Source: an uncultured Gammaproteobacteria bacterium | GTDB taxonomy: Bacteria > Pseudomonadota > Gammaproteobacteria > Natronospirales > JAJUFS01 | Direction of reading: 5' to 3' | DNA length: 64,000 nt | Assembly (NCBI GenBank): GCA_964599565.1 | Contig: CAZRFE010000001.1 | Location: 53,335 to 117,334, forward strand | The notes under the pieces: model-generated | The model's input: the letters and a program-made list of their open reading frames with translations, nothing else | What the model was told of the DNA's origin: nothing | Databases searched by the model: none | Program-made: the position numbers and the translations under genes | Part shown: piece by piece, positions 26,389 through 38,889 of the stretch | Numbering within the stretch: position 1 is the stretch's first letter | Layout: each line of letters opens with the position of its first letter

Positions 26389-29300
26389 ATGAACACGAAC
26401 ATGAAAAAGATTCGCGACGCACTCTATGCCTTCCTGCTCGGCGCCCTGCCGCTCGGCACCGCGCTGGCGGACGACATTGAAATCTACGTCGGCAGCGATA
26501 CCGAGATTTCCGGCGTTCGCCCGAACATCCTGTTCGTTCTCGACACATCCGGAAGCATGGACACCAACGTCGTCACGCAGATTCCCTACGATGCGTCCGT
26601 GACCTACACGGGCGAGTGCAGCGACGATTACTACTACGCCGCCGAATCGCGCTGGGACGAATCCTGCGACGACGCACAGCGGATTCCGAAAACGCTGTTC
26701 CTCTGCAAATCCGCGCTGAAAGCACTTGAAAGCATCGGTTACTACCAGGATCGCCTGGCGCAGTGGCGGGATGACAAGAAGAAATCGAAGGACTGGTACT
26801 GGACATCGAGCGTCAGCAGCGACGACCGCATGACCGAGTGCGAGGACGACGCAGGCGAGCACGGCAAGGACGACGCCTCGACCGACCGTTACCCCGCGGA
26901 CGGCAACGATGGCCCCTACACGAGCAACACCAAGGATGACATCGACTGGCGCGACTACGACGTTCACACGATCTTCTCCGCGAATTACCTGCGCTGGAAG
27001 GATGATCATTCGCGCATCTCGCAGACGCGCATCTCGATCATGCAGGAAGTGTTCAAGAACACGCTGGACAGCATCAACAACGTCAACGTCGGCCTGATGC
27101 GCTTCGACAGCGGCGCGGACGGCGGCATGGTGGTGCACGAGGTCGCGAATCTCTCGACAGCCCGCGACAATCTCAAGGCGCAGATCGATGCGATGAGCGC
27201 AAACGGCAACACGCCGCTTTCCGAAACGCTCTACGAGGCCGGCCTTTATTACATGGGCAAGGACGTGTACTACGGCAATTCCTCGTCGCCGGTAAAGAGC
27301 GTGAGCGGCGCACGTGACGGCAGCAATTACAAGACGCCGATGGAGTTCCAGTGCCAGAAGAACTTCATCGTGTATCTCACCGACGGCGAGCCCACGAGCG
27401 ACACCGGCGCGGATTCGCTCATTCGCAAGCTGCCGGGCAACGGCAAGTACTGCAGCGGCAACTGCATGGACGAGATGGCCGAATACCTTTACGAGAAGGA
27501 TCTCAACAGCTCGCTGGCCGGCACGCAGAACGTGATCACCTACACCATCGGCTTTGCCACGGACCAGGACCTGCTGAGCGATGCCGCTCGCAAGGGCGGC
27601 GGCAAGTACTACACCGCCGACGATACCGCGCAGCTGACAAGCGCGCTGACGAACATCGTCGCGGAAGTGCTGTCCGTGAACACTACCTTCACCGCGCCTG
27701 CGGTGTCGGTGAACGCGTTCAACCGCACCGTGCACCTTGACCAGCTGTTCTTCACGATCTTCAAGCCGAACGAACGCCCCCACTGGGACGGCAACCTGAA
27801 GCGTTTCGATCTCGGCAAGCTGAACGCGACGGATACCACGGTCCAGATTCTCGACAACAGCTCGCCCAAGAAGGCGGCGGTGGATCCGAACACCGGCTTC
27901 TTCAAGGAAGACGCGCGCAGCTACTGGACGAACGACGACCAGGCGCCGGACGGCGGTGAAGCGAAATTCGGCGGCGCCGCGGGTGACATCGTTCTGCCGC
28001 GCGACGTGTACACGTACCTTGGCAACGCGGATCTCGACGATCCGAGCAACAAGTTCCACGAAGACACGACGGCGATCACCAAGGATCTCCTCGGCATCAC
28101 CGCGCAGACGGACGCCTATCGCGTCGAGCTGATGCAGTGGGCACGCGGCGTGGATCTCAACGATGACGACGATGACGGTTCGACGGATGACGGTCGTCGC
28201 GTCATGGGCGACCCGCTGCACTCGAAGCCCGTCGTCGTCACGTACGGCGGCGACAGCGACAATCCGGACTTCACCGTATTCATGTCCACGAACGATGGCT
28301 ACCTGCACGCGGTCAATGCAGCGACCGGCGCCGAGCACTTCACGTTCATTCCGAAGGAAATGTTCGGCAACCTCGACAAGCTTTACGTGAACAACGCCGG
28401 CAAGGACAGCAAGGTCTACGGCCTCGACAGCCCGATCACTGCATGGGTGAAGGACGTGGACAACGATGGCGTCATCGAATCCGCGGACGGCGATCGCGTC
28501 TACATCTACTTCGGGCAGCGCCGCGGCGGCAAGAACTACTACGCGCTGGATGTCACCGATCGCGAGAATCCGCAGTTCCTGTGGCAGATCAACGACAGCA
28601 GCACGGGATTCGGCGAGCTGGCGCAGACCTGGTCGCAGCCGCGCGTCGCGAAGATCAACGTGAACGGCACGGTCACCGACGTGCTGATCTTCGGCGGCGG
28701 ATACGACGAGGACCAGGATGTCGCGGACAACTACGTCGCCGACGACGAAGGTCGCGCCATATTCATCGTGGAAGCGCTGACCGGCAAGAAGATCTGGCAG
28801 GCAGGGCCGGCCGGCAGCGGCGCGGACCTCGTGATCGCGGACATGAAGAACTCGATTCCTTCGGAAATCCGCGTCATCGACATGAACTCCGACGGCCTGC
28901 ATGACCGCATGTACGTGGGCGATACGGGCGGACGCGTCTTCCGGTTCGACATCATCAACGGCAAGGCGGTGGCCGATCTCGTCACGGGCGGCAAGATCGC
29001 GTCGCTCGGCGCCGGCGACATGGCGACGCCGGCGACGCTCGACAACCGGAAGTTCTTCTACGCGCCCGACGCCGCACTGATCGTCGATGGTCCGACGCGC
29101 TACATCAATCTTGCGATCGGCTCGGGCAACCAGAACCATCCGCTCGGCAAGGTCACGCAGGACCGGCTGTTCTCCGTGCGTGACTGGCACGTGTACGACA
29201 TACCGACGTACGACGCGGATCTCGTGGTTGAAACGGCTGACCTGCACGATGCGACGGACAACCTTGCCGAGCAGGGCGATGCGAGCGAGAAGGAAGTGGC

Positions 29301-29745
29301 GATCAAGGACCTTGCCGACAGCGACGGCTGGTTCATCGATCTCGAGAACCCCTCGGCGGGTACGCTGGAGGGCGAGAAATCGCTTTCGGAAGCGTCAACC
29401 ATCCAGGGCGCGATCTTCTACACGACATTCACGCCGGTAAGTGCAACGCAGAGCAACAGCTGCGCACCAAGCCAGGGTGTTGCACGCGCCTACCTGATCA
29501 GCGCGAGAACCGGCGGCGCGGTGCAGAACTTCGACGGCATCGGCACGGACGATGAACTGACGCGCGAAGACCGTGCCATGAACCTGACCCGCGGCGGTAT
29601 TCCGCCGGAAGTCACGATCCTGTTCCCGGAATCCGCCGATGGCCAGCCGATTGCACTGGTCGGTCCGGAACAGCTGCCGGTCGATCTGATGAACATCCCG
29701 GTCAGAACGTACTGGTACGAGGCGGGCGCCGGCAGCAGCGAATGA
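26389..29745 (+). CDS. pilY1: type IV pilus tip-associated adhesin PilY1 (vWA N-terminal domain plus PilC/PilY1 beta-propeller)
   Basis: Signal peptide, then DDIEIYVG. vWA MIDAS motif ILFVLDTSGSMD. C-terminal propeller with the Asp-rich loop IDMNSDGLHDRMYVGDTGGRVFRFDI. RBS GGAGAA. Confidence 0.88.
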   Translation: MNTNMKKIRDALYAFLLGALPLGTALADDIEIYVGSDTEISGVRPNILFVLDTSGSMDTNVVTQIPYDASVTYTGECSDDYYYAAESRWDESCDDAQRIPKTLFLCKSALKALESIGYYQDRLAQWRDDKKKSKDWYWTSSVSSDDRMTECEDDAGEHGKDDASTDRYPADGNDGPYTSNTKDDIDWRDYDVHTIFSANYLRWKDDHSRISQTRISIMQEVFKNTLDSINNVNVGLMRFDSGADGGMVVHEVANLSTARDNLKAQIDAMSANGNTPLSETLYEAGLYYMGKDVYYGNSSSPVKSVSGARDGSNYKTPMEFQCQKNFIVYLTDGEPTSDTGADSLIRKLPGNGKYCSGNCMDEMAEYLYEKDLNSSLAGTQNVITYTIGFATDQDLLSDAARKGGGKYYTADDTAQLTSALTNIVAEVLSVNTTFTAPAVSVNAFNRTVHLDQLFFTIFKPNERPHWDGNLKRFDLGKLNATDTTVQILDNSSPKKAAVDPNTGFFKEDARSYWTNDDQAPDGGEAKFGGAAGDIVLPRDVYTYLGNADLDDPSNKFHEDTTAITKDLLGITAQTDAYRVELMQWARGVDLNDDDDDGSTDDGRRVMGDPLHSKPVVVTYGGDSDNPDFTVFMSTNDGYLHAVNAATGAEHFTFIPKEMFGNLDKLYVNNAGKDSKVYGLDSPITAWVKDVDNDGVIESADGDRVYIYFGQRRGGKNYYALDVTDRENPQFLWQINDSSTGFGELAQTWSQPRVAKINVNGTVTDVLIFGGGYDEDQDVADNYVADDEGRAIFIVEALTGKKIWQAGPAGSGADLVIADMKNSIPSEIRVIDMNSDGLHDRMYVGDTGGRVFRFDIINGKAVADLVTGGKIASLGAGDMATPATLDNRKFFYAPDAALIVDGPTRYINLAIGSGNQNHPLGKVTQDRLFSVRDWHVYDIPTYDADLVVETADLHDATDNLAEQGDASEKEVAIKDLADSDGWFIDLENPSAGTLEGEKSLSEASTIQGAIFYTTFTPVSATQSNSCAPSQGVARAYLISARTGGAVQNFDGIGTDDELTREDRAMNLTRGGIPPEVTILFPESADGQPIALVGPEQLPVDLMNIPVRTYWYEAGAGSSE

Positions 29746-29792
29746 TCTGTTTCCCCGCCTTTCGGGGAAACAGGTCTCGAACACACTGAAAA

Positions 29793-30236
29793 ATGAAGGA
29801 CATGCAGATGACACGTCTTCACAAGAAAAGCGGCAATCGCGGATTTACATTGATCGAGCTGATGGTGGTTGTCGCGATCGTCGCCATCCTCGCAACGATT
29901 GCTGTTCCCGGCTACCGCAACTACACGATGCGCGCGAACCGCACGGACGCAACCGCCGCGCTGCTGAAGATCCAGAGCGCGCAGGAAAAGCACTACCTCA
30001 ACCAGAACAAGTACACGACCACGCTCAAGGATCTCGGAATAGAGAAGACGGAGCACGAGTTCTACACGCTCTCGCTCGCATCCGCGGACGTGACGAAAGG
30101 CTATACGGCAACAGCCACGGCCGCAGGACCGCAGAAGGACGACACGGATTGCGCGGCGATGTCGGTCACCGCACAGGGTGCAAAGACCTCCGTGGATTCC
30201 GGCGGCAACGACTCGAGTTCCACCTGCTGGCGCTGA
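29793..30236 (+). CDS. pilE: type IV minor pilin PilE
   Basis: NRG|[33 protein letters not shown] is a PilE-type N-terminus. The start may be ATG 29808. Confidence 0.85.
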   Translation: MKDMQMTRLHKKSGNRGFTLIELMVVVAIVAILATIAVPGYRNYTMRANRTDATAALLKIQSAQEKHYLNQNKYTTTLKDLGIEKTEHEFYTLSLASADVTKGYTATATAAGPQKDDTDCAAMSVTAQGAKTSVDSGGNDSSSTCWR

Positions 30237-30254
30237 TACCCATGAGACAGGAAT

Positions 30255-30287
30255 AAAAAAAACGCCGCGACTGCGGCGTTTTTTTTA
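30255..30287. terminator. bidirectional rho-independent terminator
   Basis: aaaaaaaa-CGCCGC-gact-GCGGCG-tttttttt between pilE (+) and lspA (-). Confidence 0.85.
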
Positions 30288-30298
30288 CTCCCGTGAAC

Positions 30299-30829
30299 TC
30301 ATCTGCCGGCGCTGTCCCGCTTCGCCGCCGACGTGCGCCAGGATTCCACGAGGCTGTCGATGACGAACAGCACCGCACCGACGCAGATCGCGGAATCGGC
30401 GACGTTGAACGCCGGCCAGTGCCAGCTGCCGTAATGGAGATCGATGAAGTCGATCACGTAGCCATGCAGCGCGCGGTCGATCACGTTGCCGAGCGCACCA
30501 CCGAGAATGAGCGAGAGCGACAGCGGCAGCGCCGCGCCCTGCCCCGCCGGCATGCGCCGCAGCCACACGAGAATGAACGTACTGACGGCAGCGCCGAGCA
30601 GCACGAACAGCCAGCGCTGCCAACCGCCGGCGTCAGCGAGAAAGCTGAAGGCCGCACCGGTGTTGTGCAGCAGCGTGAGATTGAAATGCGGCACGACCGG
30701 AATGGAGTCGAACAGGCTCATCTTCTGCACGATGAGATATTTCGTGACCTGGTCGGCGATGATCACGAACGCCGATACAACCAGCCAGTTCACCGGGCGG
30801 TGCGTGTCCCACAGCCTGAGCTTCTTCAT
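30299..30829 (-). CDS. lspA: lipoprotein signal peptidase II
   Basis: 176 aa with four TM segments and the motifs [11 protein letters not shown] and FNVADSAI. Confidence 0.92.
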   Translation of the reverse strand: MKKLRLWDTHRPVNWLVVSAFVIIADQVTKYLIVQKMSLFDSIPVVPHFNLTLLHNTGAAFSFLADAGGWQRWLFVLLGAAVSTFILVWLRRMPAGQGAALPLSLSLILGGALGNVIDRALHGYVIDFIDLHYGSWHWPAFNVADSAICVGAVLFVIDSLVESWRTSAAKRDSAGR

Positions 30830-33648
30830 GCGTAGCGCCTCTCTTCGCCGTCACCGTCAACGTTGTCCACGCAGCGACCGCAGATTTCCGGATGTTCGGG
30901 ATGCACGCCCACGTCTTCGCGCCGGTGCCAGCAGCGCACGCACTTCTCGTATGGCGCGCGCTTCGCCGCAATCCACAGTCCCGGCACATCCGCGTCGCTC
31001 ACGGCTTCCGGCGTGCGTTGTGCTGCGGGCTTCACGGTGGCATACGACGTGATCAGCGCGAAACGCAGCTCATCGCCGAGCGCATCAAGCTTCGCGCGCA
31101 ATGCATCGTCCGCGTACAGCGTCAGGTCCGCATCCAGCGACGAGCCGATCACTTCGTCCTTGCGCAGTTTCTCAAGCAGCCGCGAAACCGCTTCGCGAAC
31201 GTGCAGCACGGCTTCCCAGTCGATGTCCGTCACTTCCGTCGCACTGCCTGGAATGTCGTACCACTCGGTCATGAATACCGACAGCGGACGCTTGCCCGGC
31301 AGGAAATCCCACGCCTCTTCCATCGTGAAGGAGAGAATCGGTGCAAGCCAGCGCAGCATCGCTTCGGCGATGTGATACAGCGCGCTCTGGCAGGAACGCC
31401 GCGCGAGACTGTCTGCCTGCGTCGTGTACTGGCGATCCTTGATCACATCGAGATAGAAGCTGCCAAGGTCCACCACGCAGAAGTTGTGCACCTTCTGGTA
31501 GATGACATGGAACTCGTAGTTCTCGTACGCCTGTGCAACGGATTCGTGCAGCGTGCGCGCGCGCTCGAGCACCCAGCGATCAAGCGAAAGCATGCGCGAC
31601 GGCTCGACCTGGTCCGTCGCCGGATCGAAACCGTTGAGATTCGCGAGCAGGAAACGCAGCGTGTTGCGCAAGCGGCGATAGGAATCGCCCATGCGCTTGA
31701 GAATTTCATCGGATACCGCGATCTCGGCGCGATAGTCGGTGGCTGCAACCCACAGGCGCAGCACGTCCGCGCCCATGGAGTTCACGACCTTCTGCGGCGC
31801 GACGACATTGCCGACGGACTTCGACATCTTGCGACCCTGCGCATCGACGGTGAAACCGTGCGTGAGCACGCCCTTGTACGGTGCTGAATCGCGGATCGCG
31901 ACGGACGTCAGCAGCGATGACTGAAACCAGCCGCGATGCTGGTCGGAGCCTTCGAGATAAAGATCCGCCGGCACGTGCAGTTCCGCACGCCGGTCGAGCA
32001 CGCAGTAATGCGTCATGCCGGAGTCGACCCACACATCGAGGATGTCGTTGACCTTGTCGTACTGGTCCGCTTCATCGCCGAGCAGTTCGCGCGCATCCAG
32101 TTCGAACCAGGCATCGACGCTGTCCTTCTCCACGCGTTGCGCAACCAGCTCAAGCAGCTCGGACGTGCGCGGATGCAGCTCGCCGGTCTGCTTGTGCACG
32201 AACAGCGCGATCGGCACACCCCACTGCCGCTGCCGCGACACGCACCAGTCCGGACGGCCTTCGACCATCGCATCGATTCGGCTCTCGCCCCAGGCCGGCG
32301 TCCATTTCACATTGCGGATTTCCGCGCGCGCCTTCGCGCGCAACCCCGCCTGGTCCATGCTGATGAACCATTGCGGCGTGGCGCGGAAGATCAGCGGCGT
32401 CTTGTGGCGCCAGCAATGCGGATAGCTGTGCTGCACGGATTCGTGATGCAGCAGCACGCCGCGCTCGCGCAGAAGATCGACGATCTTCGGATTCGCCTTG
32501 AACACCTGATCGCCGGCGAACAGTTCCGTGCCATCGAGAAACACGCCATTGCCGCCGACGGGATTCTCGAGCGGCAGCCCGTACTTCACGCCCACGGCAA
32601 AGTCTTCCTGGCCATGGCCGGGTGCTGTATGCACGGCGCCCGTGCCGGATTCCAGCGTGACGTGCTCGCCGAGCACGACCGGAACGACGCGATCGTAGAA
32701 CGGATGCTTGAGCATGAGTCCTTCGAGCGCAGCGCCTTTCGCACGGCCGACGATCGTGAATTCCTTGACGCCGTAGCGGCGCATCGCGGCAGGCAGAAGT
32801 TCTTCCGCGAACAGCACGCGCTCCGTTCCCTGCCCTGCGTCGAACTGCGCGAGCACGTAGTCGATCTCGGGATTAAGCGCGACGGCCTGGTTTGCAGGCA
32901 GCGTCCACGGCGTCGTCGTCCAGATCGCGACCGACAGCAGGCCTTCGCCGCCTGCGTCTTCCATGCGTTTCAGCAGTTCATCGTCATCGACGACGGGAAA
33001 GCGCACGTCGATCGCGGGCGAGGTCTTGTCCTGGTATTCGACTTCCGCTTCCGCGAGCGCGGATCCGCAATCGAGACACCAGTGCACCGGCTTGTAACCC
33101 TTGTACAGGTGTCCGTTCTCGATGATCTTCGAGAAGCCGCGCAACTGGTCGGCCTCGAACTGCGTGGCCATGGTGAGATACGGATTCTGCCAGTCGCCGG
33201 TGATGCCGAGGCGGATGAAGTCCGCACGCTGCCGGACGACCTGCTCCAGCGCAAATTTTCGGCACGCCGCACGGAATGCGCGTGCATCCTTCTTCGCGTC
33301 CTTGCCGAGTTTCTTCTCCACGGCAAGTTCGATGGGCAGGCCATGACAGTCCCAGCCAGGAACGTAAGGCGCATCGAAGCCTGCGATGGTGCGCGACTTC
33401 ACGACGATGTCCTTGAGAATCTTGTTCACGGCATGACCGATGTGAATATCACCGTTCGCATACGGCGGGCCGTCGGCGAGCACGAATTTCTCGCGGCCCG
33501 CGCAATGCGCGCGCACCTTGCCGTGGCGGTCTTCGTCTTCCCAGCGCTTGAGCATTTCCGGCTCGCGCGCGGCGAGGTTGCCGCGCATCGGGAAGTCGGT
33601 CTCGGGCAGGTTCAATGTCTTCTTGTAGTCCGTCACGCGATGATCCAC
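30826..33648 (-). CDS. ileS: isoleucine--tRNA ligase
   Basis: 940 aa. HIGH motif ([11 protein letters not shown]), KMSKS ([10 protein letters not shown]) and C-terminal Zn-finger cysteines (CVRCW...CGRC). Confidence 0.97.
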   Translation of the reverse strand: MDHRVTDYKKTLNLPETDFPMRGNLAAREPEMLKRWEDEDRHGKVRAHCAGREKFVLADGPPYANGDIHIGHAVNKILKDIVVKSRTIAGFDAPYVPGWDCHGLPIELAVEKKLGKDAKKDARAFRAACRKFALEQVVRQRADFIRLGITGDWQNPYLTMATQFEADQLRGFSKIIENGHLYKGYKPVHWCLDCGSALAEAEVEYQDKTSPAIDVRFPVVDDDELLKRMEDAGGEGLLSVAIWTTTPWTLPANQAVALNPEIDYVLAQFDAGQGTERVLFAEELLPAAMRRYGVKEFTIVGRAKGAALEGLMLKHPFYDRVVPVVLGEHVTLESGTGAVHTAPGHGQEDFAVGVKYGLPLENPVGGNGVFLDGTELFAGDQVFKANPKIVDLLRERGVLLHHESVQHSYPHCWRHKTPLIFRATPQWFISMDQAGLRAKARAEIRNVKWTPAWGESRIDAMVEGRPDWCVSRQRQWGVPIALFVHKQTGELHPRTSELLELVAQRVEKDSVDAWFELDARELLGDEADQYDKVNDILDVWVDSGMTHYCVLDRRAELHVPADLYLEGSDQHRGWFQSSLLTSVAIRDSAPYKGVLTHGFTVDAQGRKMSKSVGNVVAPQKVVNSMGADVLRLWVAATDYRAEIAVSDEILKRMGDSYRRLRNTLRFLLANLNGFDPATDQVEPSRMLSLDRWVLERARTLHESVAQAYENYEFHVIYQKVHNFCVVDLGSFYLDVIKDRQYTTQADSLARRSCQSALYHIAEAMLRWLAPILSFTMEEAWDFLPGKRPLSVFMTEWYDIPGSATEVTDIDWEAVLHVREAVSRLLEKLRKDEVIGSSLDADLTLYADDALRAKLDALGDELRFALITSYATVKPAAQRTPEAVSDADVPGLWIAAKRAPYEKCVRCWHRREDVGVHPEHPEICGRCVDNVDGDGEERRYA

Positions 33649-33675
33649 TTGATGAAATGACTGTTCGTGTTCATG

Positions 33676-34626
33676 TCAGGCCGTCCGGTTGCGCTTCTGC
33701 CACTCAACCATTCGAAGGCGCGCTTCGTTGACGTCGAGACGTATCTGCTCGCGCAGCGCATCGAGGGTATCGAATCGCTCCTCGTCGCGCAGCTTTTCCA
33801 TGAACTCGATCTCGATGCAGCGGCCGTAGATGTCGCGATCGAAATCGAAGATGTGCACCTCGACCTGTTCGTGCACACCGCCGACGGTGGGACGCGTACC
33901 CGCGCTCGCAACGCCGTACAGCGGCTCGCCGTCGAGACCGTAGACGCGCACGAGAAAGATGCCGCCGACCGGCAGCCTGCGCTGCGCGCGCCCAAGGTTC
34001 GCGGTCGGATAGCCGAGCTGCCGGCCGATGCGATCGCCACCGACAACCCTGCCCGACATGCGATAGCCGCGCCCGAGCAGGTCGCGCGCCAAGGCGAGAT
34101 CGCCGTCCGCGAGCGCCTTTCGAACGCGCGTGCTGCTGACGCGCTCGCCCGCCGAGGTCTGCGTCGGCGTCGCCGCCACATCGAACCCGTATCGTTCACC
34201 GGCGGCGCGCAGCATGCCGAAGTCGCCGGCGCGATTCTTGCCGAAGCGGAAATCATCGCCGACCACGACGTATTGCACGCCAAGGCCGTCAACGAGAATT
34301 TCCGAGATGAAGCGTTCCGCCGGGAGCGCTGCAAGTTGCGCGTTGAAACGCAGCACGAGCATGCGCGCGATGCCCTGGAAATCCAGCATCTCGTGCTTTT
34401 CGCGCAGGCTGCTCAGTCGCGGGGGCGCCGTTTCCGGTGCAAAGTACTCGCGCGGCGTCGGCTCGAACGTGACCACCACGGCTGGCACGTCGCGCATCAA
34501 CGCCTGCTTGCGCAGCTCGGAAAGAATCGCCTGGTGGCCGACATGCACGCCATCGAAATTACCGATGGTGACCGCAGCGCCACGGTGTTCCGGCTTGAGA
34601 TTGCTGCGGTCGCGAATGATTTCCAT
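33676..34626 (-). CDS. ribF: bifunctional riboflavin kinase / FMN adenylyltransferase
   Basis: Start MEIIRDRSNL..VTIGNFDGVHVGH is collinear with E. coli RibF. The C-terminal kinase domain has PTANL. Confidence 0.92.
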   Translation of the reverse strand: MEIIRDRSNLKPEHRGAAVTIGNFDGVHVGHQAILSELRKQALMRDVPAVVVTFEPTPREYFAPETAPPRLSSLREKHEMLDFQGIARMLVLRFNAQLAALPAERFISEILVDGLGVQYVVVGDDFRFGKNRAGDFGMLRAAGERYGFDVAATPTQTSAGERVSSTRVRKALADGDLALARDLLGRGYRMSGRVVGGDRIGRQLGYPTANLGRAQRRLPVGGIFLVRVYGLDGEPLYGVASAGTRPTVGGVHEQVEVHIFDFDRDIYGRCIEIEFMEKLRDEERFDTLDALREQIRLDVNEARLRMVEWQKRNRTA

Positions 34627-34707
34627 CGTGCCGGCCAGTTTCCGGTTGCCGCCAGGCGCGCCCGGCAAAAGATCGCATTATACGGACGGGCCGCAGGCGC
34701 GGCACCT

Positions 34708-36273
34708 TCACGGCCGTGGTGCAGCCTTCAGCTGGTGCGGCCGAAAACCGCTCGCCAGCATCGCGAATGCATACGTTGCAAGGCCCGCGCCGACAGCAAC
34801 GGACAGTTTCAGCAGTCTTTCGTCGACATCCGCGGCGAGCCAGGCGTCGAACGGCCCCGCGACCCTGTGAATCACGGCAGCCATGGCGAGAGTGGCCGCA
34901 ATCACGCGCACCAGGAAAACCGGCCAGCCGGCCCGCGCGCTGAATGCGCGCTCCCGGATGAGTCCCTGCAACAGCAACCCGGCATTGACGAGCGCGGCGA
35001 TACCCGTCGCGAGCGCGAGTCCCGCGTGCGGCGCTGCATGCTCCTGCCGCACCATGACCACCACGAACACGATATTCAGCACCGCGTTCACACCCATCGC
35101 AATGAAGCCGACGCGCACCGGCGTGCGCGTGTCCTGCCGCGCGTAGTAGCCCGGCGCCAGTATCTTCACGAGCGAGAAGCCGACCAGTCCCAGGGAATAT
35201 GCCATCAGCGCGATGCGGCTCATCTCCACGTCTTCCGCGCGGAACGTGCCGTGAAAGAACAACGCAGCAATGATCGGCCCCGCCAGCATGAACAGGCCCG
35301 CCGCCGCGGGAACGACGATCAGCACCGCGAGGCGCAGCGCGAAATCCAGCGTCGAGGAGAACCGCTCGCCATCGGCGGCGGCATGGTCGCGCGACAACTG
35401 CGGCAGGACCGCGGTCGCAAGCGCGATGGAAAACACGCCGAGCGGAAATTCCATCAGCCGGTCCGCGTAATAAAGCCAGCTCACCGAGCCTGCGACGAGA
35501 AAAGATGCAATGAGCGTATCGAGAAGCAGGTTGATCTGCGCAACCGAAGACCCAAACAGCGCCGGGAGCATCAGGCCGAACACCTTCTTCACGCCGGGGA
35601 AGGCGAGGTCCCAGCGCGGCCGCGGCAACAGGCCAAGTCGTGCCAGTGACGGGAACTGCACCAGGAGCTGCGCGATGCCCGCGATGAACACACCCCAGGC
35701 AAGCGCGCGGACAGGTTCCTCGAACCAGCTGCTGCCGCGGACGGCCGCAACGATCAGCGCGATATTCAGCAGCACGGGCGCAAGTGCGGGAGCGGCGAAA
35801 CGGCCGTGGGCGTTGAGAATGCCGCCCGCGAACGCCGTCAGTGCGATGAAGAAGAGATAGGGAAACGTCACGCGCAGCAGGTCCGCCGTCAGCGCGAACT
35901 GCTCGGGCCGCTCGAGAAAGCCCGGCGCGAATGCCATCACCAGCAACGGCGCGGCCAGCATCCCGATGACGTTGATCGCAAGCAACACGCCGCCGAAGGT
36001 TCCCGCAATACGATCCACGAGCGCCTTCACCTCGGGCGTTGGGCGCGTTTCTCGATACTCCGAGATCACAGGCACGAAGGCCTGCGAGAACGCGCCTTCG
36101 GCGAACAACCGGCGCATGAAATTCGGGATCTTGAAGGCGATGAGGAACGCATCCAGCGCGGGGCCGACTGTCAGGAATGTTGCAAACGCAATATCGCGCA
36201 CGAGGCCAAGCACGCGCGAAACCAGGGTAAAGCCGCCGACAATGGACGTGGATTTCAGGAGAGCGCGGGACAT
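34708..36273 (-). CDS. murJ: lipid II flippase MurJ
   Basis: Start MSRALLKSTSIVGGFTLVSRVLGLVRD..., then FAEGAFSQAFVPV. 521 aa and polytopic. The longer ORF-track extension was rejected. Confidence 0.92.
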   Translation of the reverse strand: MSRALLKSTSIVGGFTLVSRVLGLVRDIAFATFLTVGPALDAFLIAFKIPNFMRRLFAEGAFSQAFVPVISEYRETRPTPEVKALVDRIAGTFGGVLLAINVIGMLAAPLLVMAFAPGFLERPEQFALTADLLRVTFPYLFFIALTAFAGGILNAHGRFAAPALAPVLLNIALIVAAVRGSSWFEEPVRALAWGVFIAGIAQLLVQFPSLARLGLLPRPRWDLAFPGVKKVFGLMLPALFGSSVAQINLLLDTLIASFLVAGSVSWLYYADRLMEFPLGVFSIALATAVLPQLSRDHAAADGERFSSTLDFALRLAVLIVVPAAAGLFMLAGPIIAALFFHGTFRAEDVEMSRIALMAYSLGLVGFSLVKILAPGYYARQDTRTPVRVGFIAMGVNAVLNIVFVVVMVRQEHAAPHAGLALATGIAALVNAGLLLQGLIRERAFSARAGWPVFLVRVIAATLAMAAVIHRVAGPFDAWLAADVDERLLKLSVAVGAGLATYAFAMLASGFRPHQLKAAPRP

Positions 36274-36505
36274 CCGGCAGGTTTGTTCCTTATTAACAGG
36301 CGCGTGATGATACCGGCGCGGCATGTTCCCCGTCACGCTTGCCGCCCATCCCCGGCACGGCCCGCACCCGGCGGCCGGTGACGCCTGTGCGGGTTCCCAA
36401 GTCGTTGACAAGCAGCGGAAAAATCCGGAAAATGCGCAGCCTTTCGCGGACCGGAAAGCCATCCGGGCGCCGCAGAAGACGCAGAATTCTCCAGGAGTAC
36501 ACACC

Positions 36506-36769
36506 TTGGCTAACACGAAGCAGTCAAAGAAGCGCGCCAAGCAGGCGGAAAAGCACCGCCAGCACAATGCGAGCCTGCGCTCGATGATGCGCACCCAGCT
36601 CAAGAAAGTGATCAAGGCCGTCGAAGCCGGCGACAAGGCGCAGGCCGAAGCCGCCTACAAGGCTGCCGTGCCCGTCATCGACCGGATGGCCGACAAGGGC
36701 ATCATTCACAAGAACAAGGCCGCGCGGCACAAGAGCCGCCTCAACGGCCATGTCCGCGGCATGCAGTAA
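36506..36769 (+). CDS. rpsT: 30S ribosomal protein S20
   Basis: TTG start after RBS AGGAG. (M)[29 protein letters not shown]. Confidence 0.93.
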   Translation: MANTKQSKKRAKQAEKHRQHNASLRSMMRTQLKKVIKAVEAGDKAQAEAAYKAAVPVIDRMADKGIIHKNKAARHKSRLNGHVRGMQ

Positions 36770-36787
36770 GCAGCGCGACATGAAATG

Positions 36788-36816
36788 AAAAAAGCCGGTC
36801 GATGACCGGCTTTTTT
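36788..36816. terminator. bidirectional rho-independent terminator
   Basis: aaaaaa-GCCGGTC-gat-GACCGGC-tttttt between rpsT (+) and obg (-). Confidence 0.85.
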
Positions 36817-36855
36817 CATGGGGCATATCCAGGCGCGAACGGATCGCGAATGCGC

Positions 36856-37917
<1,062 letters not shown>

Positions 37918-37957
37918 TCACTCCAGTCGCCCGCACAGCATACCCGCGCTCCGGGCA

Positions 37958-37986
37958 CAAAAAAGCCCCGCCGGGCGGGGCTCTTT
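37958..37986 (-). terminator. rho-independent hairpin between rpmA and obg (terminator or attenuator)
   Basis: GCCCCG...CGGGGC stem followed by UUUUUU on the minus strand. Confidence 0.6.
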
Positions 37987-38006
37987 CGGCTTTCTTTGCG
38001 AGCCGC

Positions 38007-38264
38007 TTATTCAGCGACGACGCTGATGTACTTGCGGTTCTTCGGGCCCTTGGTCTCGAACCTGACCTTGCCCTCGGCGGTCGCGAAGATCGTGTGATCC
38101 TTGCCAAGGCCGACATTCGTGCCCGGGTGGAACTGCGTGCCGCGCTGGCGAACGATGATGTTGCCCGCATCGACGCTCTGGCCGCCGAAGACCTTCACGC
38201 CGAGTCGCTTGCTTTGCGAGTCGCGGCCGTTACGGCTGGAACCCGCGGCTTTCTTGTGTGCCAT
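38007..38264 (-). CDS. rpmA: 50S ribosomal protein L27
   Basis: [24 protein letters not shown]. Confidence 0.97.
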   Translation of the reverse strand: MAHKKAAGSSRNGRDSQSKRLGVKVFGGQSVDAGNIIVRQRGTQFHPGTNVGLGKDHTIFATAEGKVRFETKGPKNRKYISVVAE

Positions 38265-38296
38265 TGTCCGTTACCTCTTCCTGTTTCCAGCCTTGA

Positions 38297-38614
38297 TCAG
38301 GCGCCCTTGATGCCGGTGATTTCCAGCTCGGTGTAAGCCTGGCGATGGCCCTGGCGCTTCATGTGATGCTTGCGGCGGCGGAACTTGATGATCTCGACCT
38401 TGCGGTGACGGCCCTGCGCCTTCACGGTCGCGGTCACCTTGCCGCCCTCGACGAACGGCGCGCCCATCACGATCTTGCTGTCGCCATCGGAAATCAGGAG
38501 CACCTTGTCGAACTCGACGGCCGCGCCCGCGTCGCCGGCCAGCTTCTCGACCTTGATGACGTCGCCCTGGGCAACCCTGTACTGCTTACCGCCGGTTTCA
38601 ATGACCGCGTACAT
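38297..38614 (-). CDS. rplU: 50S ribosomal protein L21
   Basis: Start [14 protein letters not shown]. 105 aa. The upstream ORF-track extension was rejected. Confidence 0.96.
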   Translation of the reverse strand: MYAVIETGGKQYRVAQGDVIKVEKLAGDAGAAVEFDKVLLISDGDSKIVMGAPFVEGGKVTATVKAQGRHRKVEIIKFRRRKHHMKRQGHRQAYTELEITGIKGA

Positions 38615-38889
38615 CGCGTCTCTCCAAAAGAATCCTGATCGAAAATTCCGTGCGGAGGTTTTCTTCCGCAAAGGGCGCGCATTTTACAGCCGGAACTGGC
38701 CGAAGGTCAAACATCGCAGACATGCCGCCGCAGGCCGGAAAACCTCCTTTTTCCAACGGCTTGCAGCTGTCTGCGGCCGTGCCTGGCGCCGTTCGATCCA
38801 GCCGCGCTGCGGTTGACTCACTGGGGGTGCGCCCCTAGCATGCCCGCTTCCCGATGCGCCATGGCGCCCATACAGGCCGTCTCGAAACC

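Noticed and set aside
26326-29247. 973-aa minus-strand ORF opposite pilY1, and similar long ORFs opposite the second pilY1 (43529..45097)
   Set aside because: These are shadow frames of PilY1 genes that have clear vWA and propeller motifs. The translations are Arg/Val/Asp-rich with no recognisable domain.
29746-29792. pilY2-like ORF between pilY1 and pilE
   Set aside because: The gap is only 47 bp and no ORF fits.
33667-35649. 660-aa plus-strand ORF across ribF and murJ
   Set aside because: It is antisense to two well-supported genes, and its sequence is Arg/His-rich with low complexity.
36274-36636. N-terminal extension of the murJ ORF
   Set aside because: The extension overlaps the rpsT gene and promoter region on the other strand. 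The MSRALLKS start aligns with the E. coli MurJ N-terminus.
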